From: Lama guanicoe
Lineage: Eukaryota
Direction: 5' to 3'
Length of the DNA stretch: 25,606 nt
Assembly (NCBI GenBank): GCA_013239625.1
Contig: MU054122.1
Location: 124,001 to 149,606 of the forward strand
Below are positions 23,755 through 25,606 of this stretch, in pieces. How positions within the stretch are numbered: the first letter of the stretch is position 1; each line of letters opens with the position of its first letter. The notes under the pieces are model-generated. The model searched no databases. It saw only the letters and a list, made by a program, of their open reading frames with translations, and was not told the DNA's origin. Both the position numbers and the translations under genes were made by a program.

Positions 23755-24155
23755 AGAAATAATCCAAAAGAAGCCCCCTAAATGTCCATCAATAGGTAAC
23801 CAGCAAAAAATTATGATATGCCTATACCATGACAACAGGAAAGTTCTTTATGCACTCATATGCAGTAAAATCCCAATTACATTGTCCACTGAAAACAAGG
23901 GCACATAATAATGAATAGAGTATGCTATCATTCATGTAAATAAGACAGTACAAATATGCATGTATAAATACACCCTCACACATAATACCTCCCAGGCGAT
24001 CAGACAGTGAATTGAAATCAGTGGTTGCACGTAGGGACGGAAACTGGACAGCCAAGAGGCAGAACTGGAAGGGAGTCTTACAATTTTAGTTCCTTTCGAA
24101 TTCTGAACCGTGAGAATACATTATGTATTCAAAAAACTAAATAAAATTTAAAAAA
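23755..24155 (+). mobile_element. Ancient L1ME-like 3' end
   Basis: AAATGTCCATCAATAGG...CAGTGGTTGC...GGAAACTGG...TGAACCGTGAGAATACATTATGTATTCAAAAA. Confidence 0.7.
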
Positions 24156-24611
24156 CTAAGTAAAAAATTAAATATGCTTTAATGTGCTCTAGATTATTCA
24201 ATGTTATTTCTTGCTTTTAAAATTTAATTTCTTCACTGATCATGGAAGTGGACATAAGTTTTTGAGGTCTGATGTACCACAAAAAGAAAGGTGCTTAAAA
24301 AAATTAGCAATTCACCATCCATAGACACCATGTTTCCACCGTGAATAATTAAGCGCCTATGAAGGTCACCAAACAATGGCATTGTCTTTTATGAGCACTT
24401 TCGTGGGCCGTGCACATGATGTTCTGCCAGAAGGAATTTCCCCTCGTGCATTCTATTGGAACACGAAAGCAGGCAATTAAGGGCGAAAAAAATCATTCTA
24501 GCAGAAACATTTTATAAAATGCTCCTTGTTCTGAGAAGAACTAAAAGAAACAATAATTACAAAAAACCTGGTTATTTTGGATATGCCATGAATAGTCTCT
24601 TTAAAACCTAC

Positions 24612-24940
24612 CCTTTTGTAAAGCACATGGACCTTCTAGAAGTGGGCTTAACAATGTCTAACAAAAGAGCATATCGCAGTAACGACTTTGGTGGTAAAAA
24701 GTATGAGTTCATGTCAATGTCATCTTCCAGAAACTCCTTTAGCATTTGCACAGAGAGATCACTGTCCTGTTGATGTTTCCTGTCAATTTCTTCTGCAGTT
24801 TCAAGCTTAAAAAGAATGGCCTCTTTTCCAGAACAGTGTGTGCTGTTATCAAAGCAAATACTTGATTCGATTTTCTTTTCTGCAGCTATCTCATGTTTTT
24901 GTGGATCTTCAGATCCAATTTGGGGAAACTCCATCAGTAT
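24612..24940 (-). CDS. TRDMT1: TRDMT1 (DNMT2, tRNA-Asp C38 methyltransferase) internal coding exon (human exon 8 equivalent)
   Basis: Translates ILMEFPQ...LLRYALLLDIVKPTSRRSMCFTK(G), including the DNMT2-specific CFT motif. AG acceptor at 24942-24941, GT donor at 24611-24610; 329 nt, phase 0 to 2. Confidence 0.97.
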
Positions 24941-25606
24941 CTGGCATCAAGTAAAAAATACACAAACTGTCAAAAGCTTTACTTAAAAATAAGAGACAAA
25001 TTAATAACATCTAGTCAATGTTATGCAACAGAACTCTTTAGCATTTACAGAGCTGTCATTAAAATAGATAGAAATTGAGGTTTACTAGTATTTATACAAG
25101 TTATTACAAGTTACTCATCATACATTGACAGGCCATCAGGCTACAGATGATTTATTTCATGAAGTTAATGCTTTCTGTATTTATTAATAAGATAGCAAGT
25201 ATGTTGACTATAGATACAGCATCATATTTGGAAAAGCAGGTGAGAAAGCAACAGTAACATTTCTGGAAAATGTGTTTTGGATCAAAGTTTGCCATTCCCC
25301 TCCATTAAAAAAAAAACAAACTAGAACATACCTGTGATCTAAAGGAAAATTAGTAATTAAAAAAGAAAAACAGGCTTCACCCTGAAAGGTTATTTCTATT
25401 CCTGAGTCCCACAGGAAAAACTTGTTCCTGCAAAACATGTAACCTGGTAGTAAAGTCCTATTTTGGGAAAGAAAAAACAGTTCCAGGAATTTTTAATGAT
25501 GAAGTCTTTGTTAATATACTTTATACGCTGTTTTTGGAGCTGCCCACTATGAAAGAGAGATATACTGTTACTATATTATATAATATAATATTGTATAATA
25601 CTGGTA

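Overview
Placental mammal genomic DNA. The window holds the 3' end of TRDMT1 (DNMT2) on the minus strand, with four coding exons at 24940-14720. A full-length, disabled processed pseudogene of glycine decarboxylase (GLDC, ~9762-13534, minus) sits inside an old L1 and shows classic L1 retrotransposition (TPRT) hallmarks. Old L1, L2, MIR and LTR repeats fill much of the rest. The most notable signal is a chain of minus-strand exon-like segments downstream of the TRDMT1 stop codon (~14188 to ~556). They have good splice sites, several phase-compatible junctions and protein-like but partly disrupted frames. This looks like a vestigial multi-exon gene (unitary pseudogene), tentatively related to uncharacterised GREB1-like vertebrate proteins. 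That family assignment is from memory and needs a homology search. Synteny suggests CUBN lies further left, outside the window.
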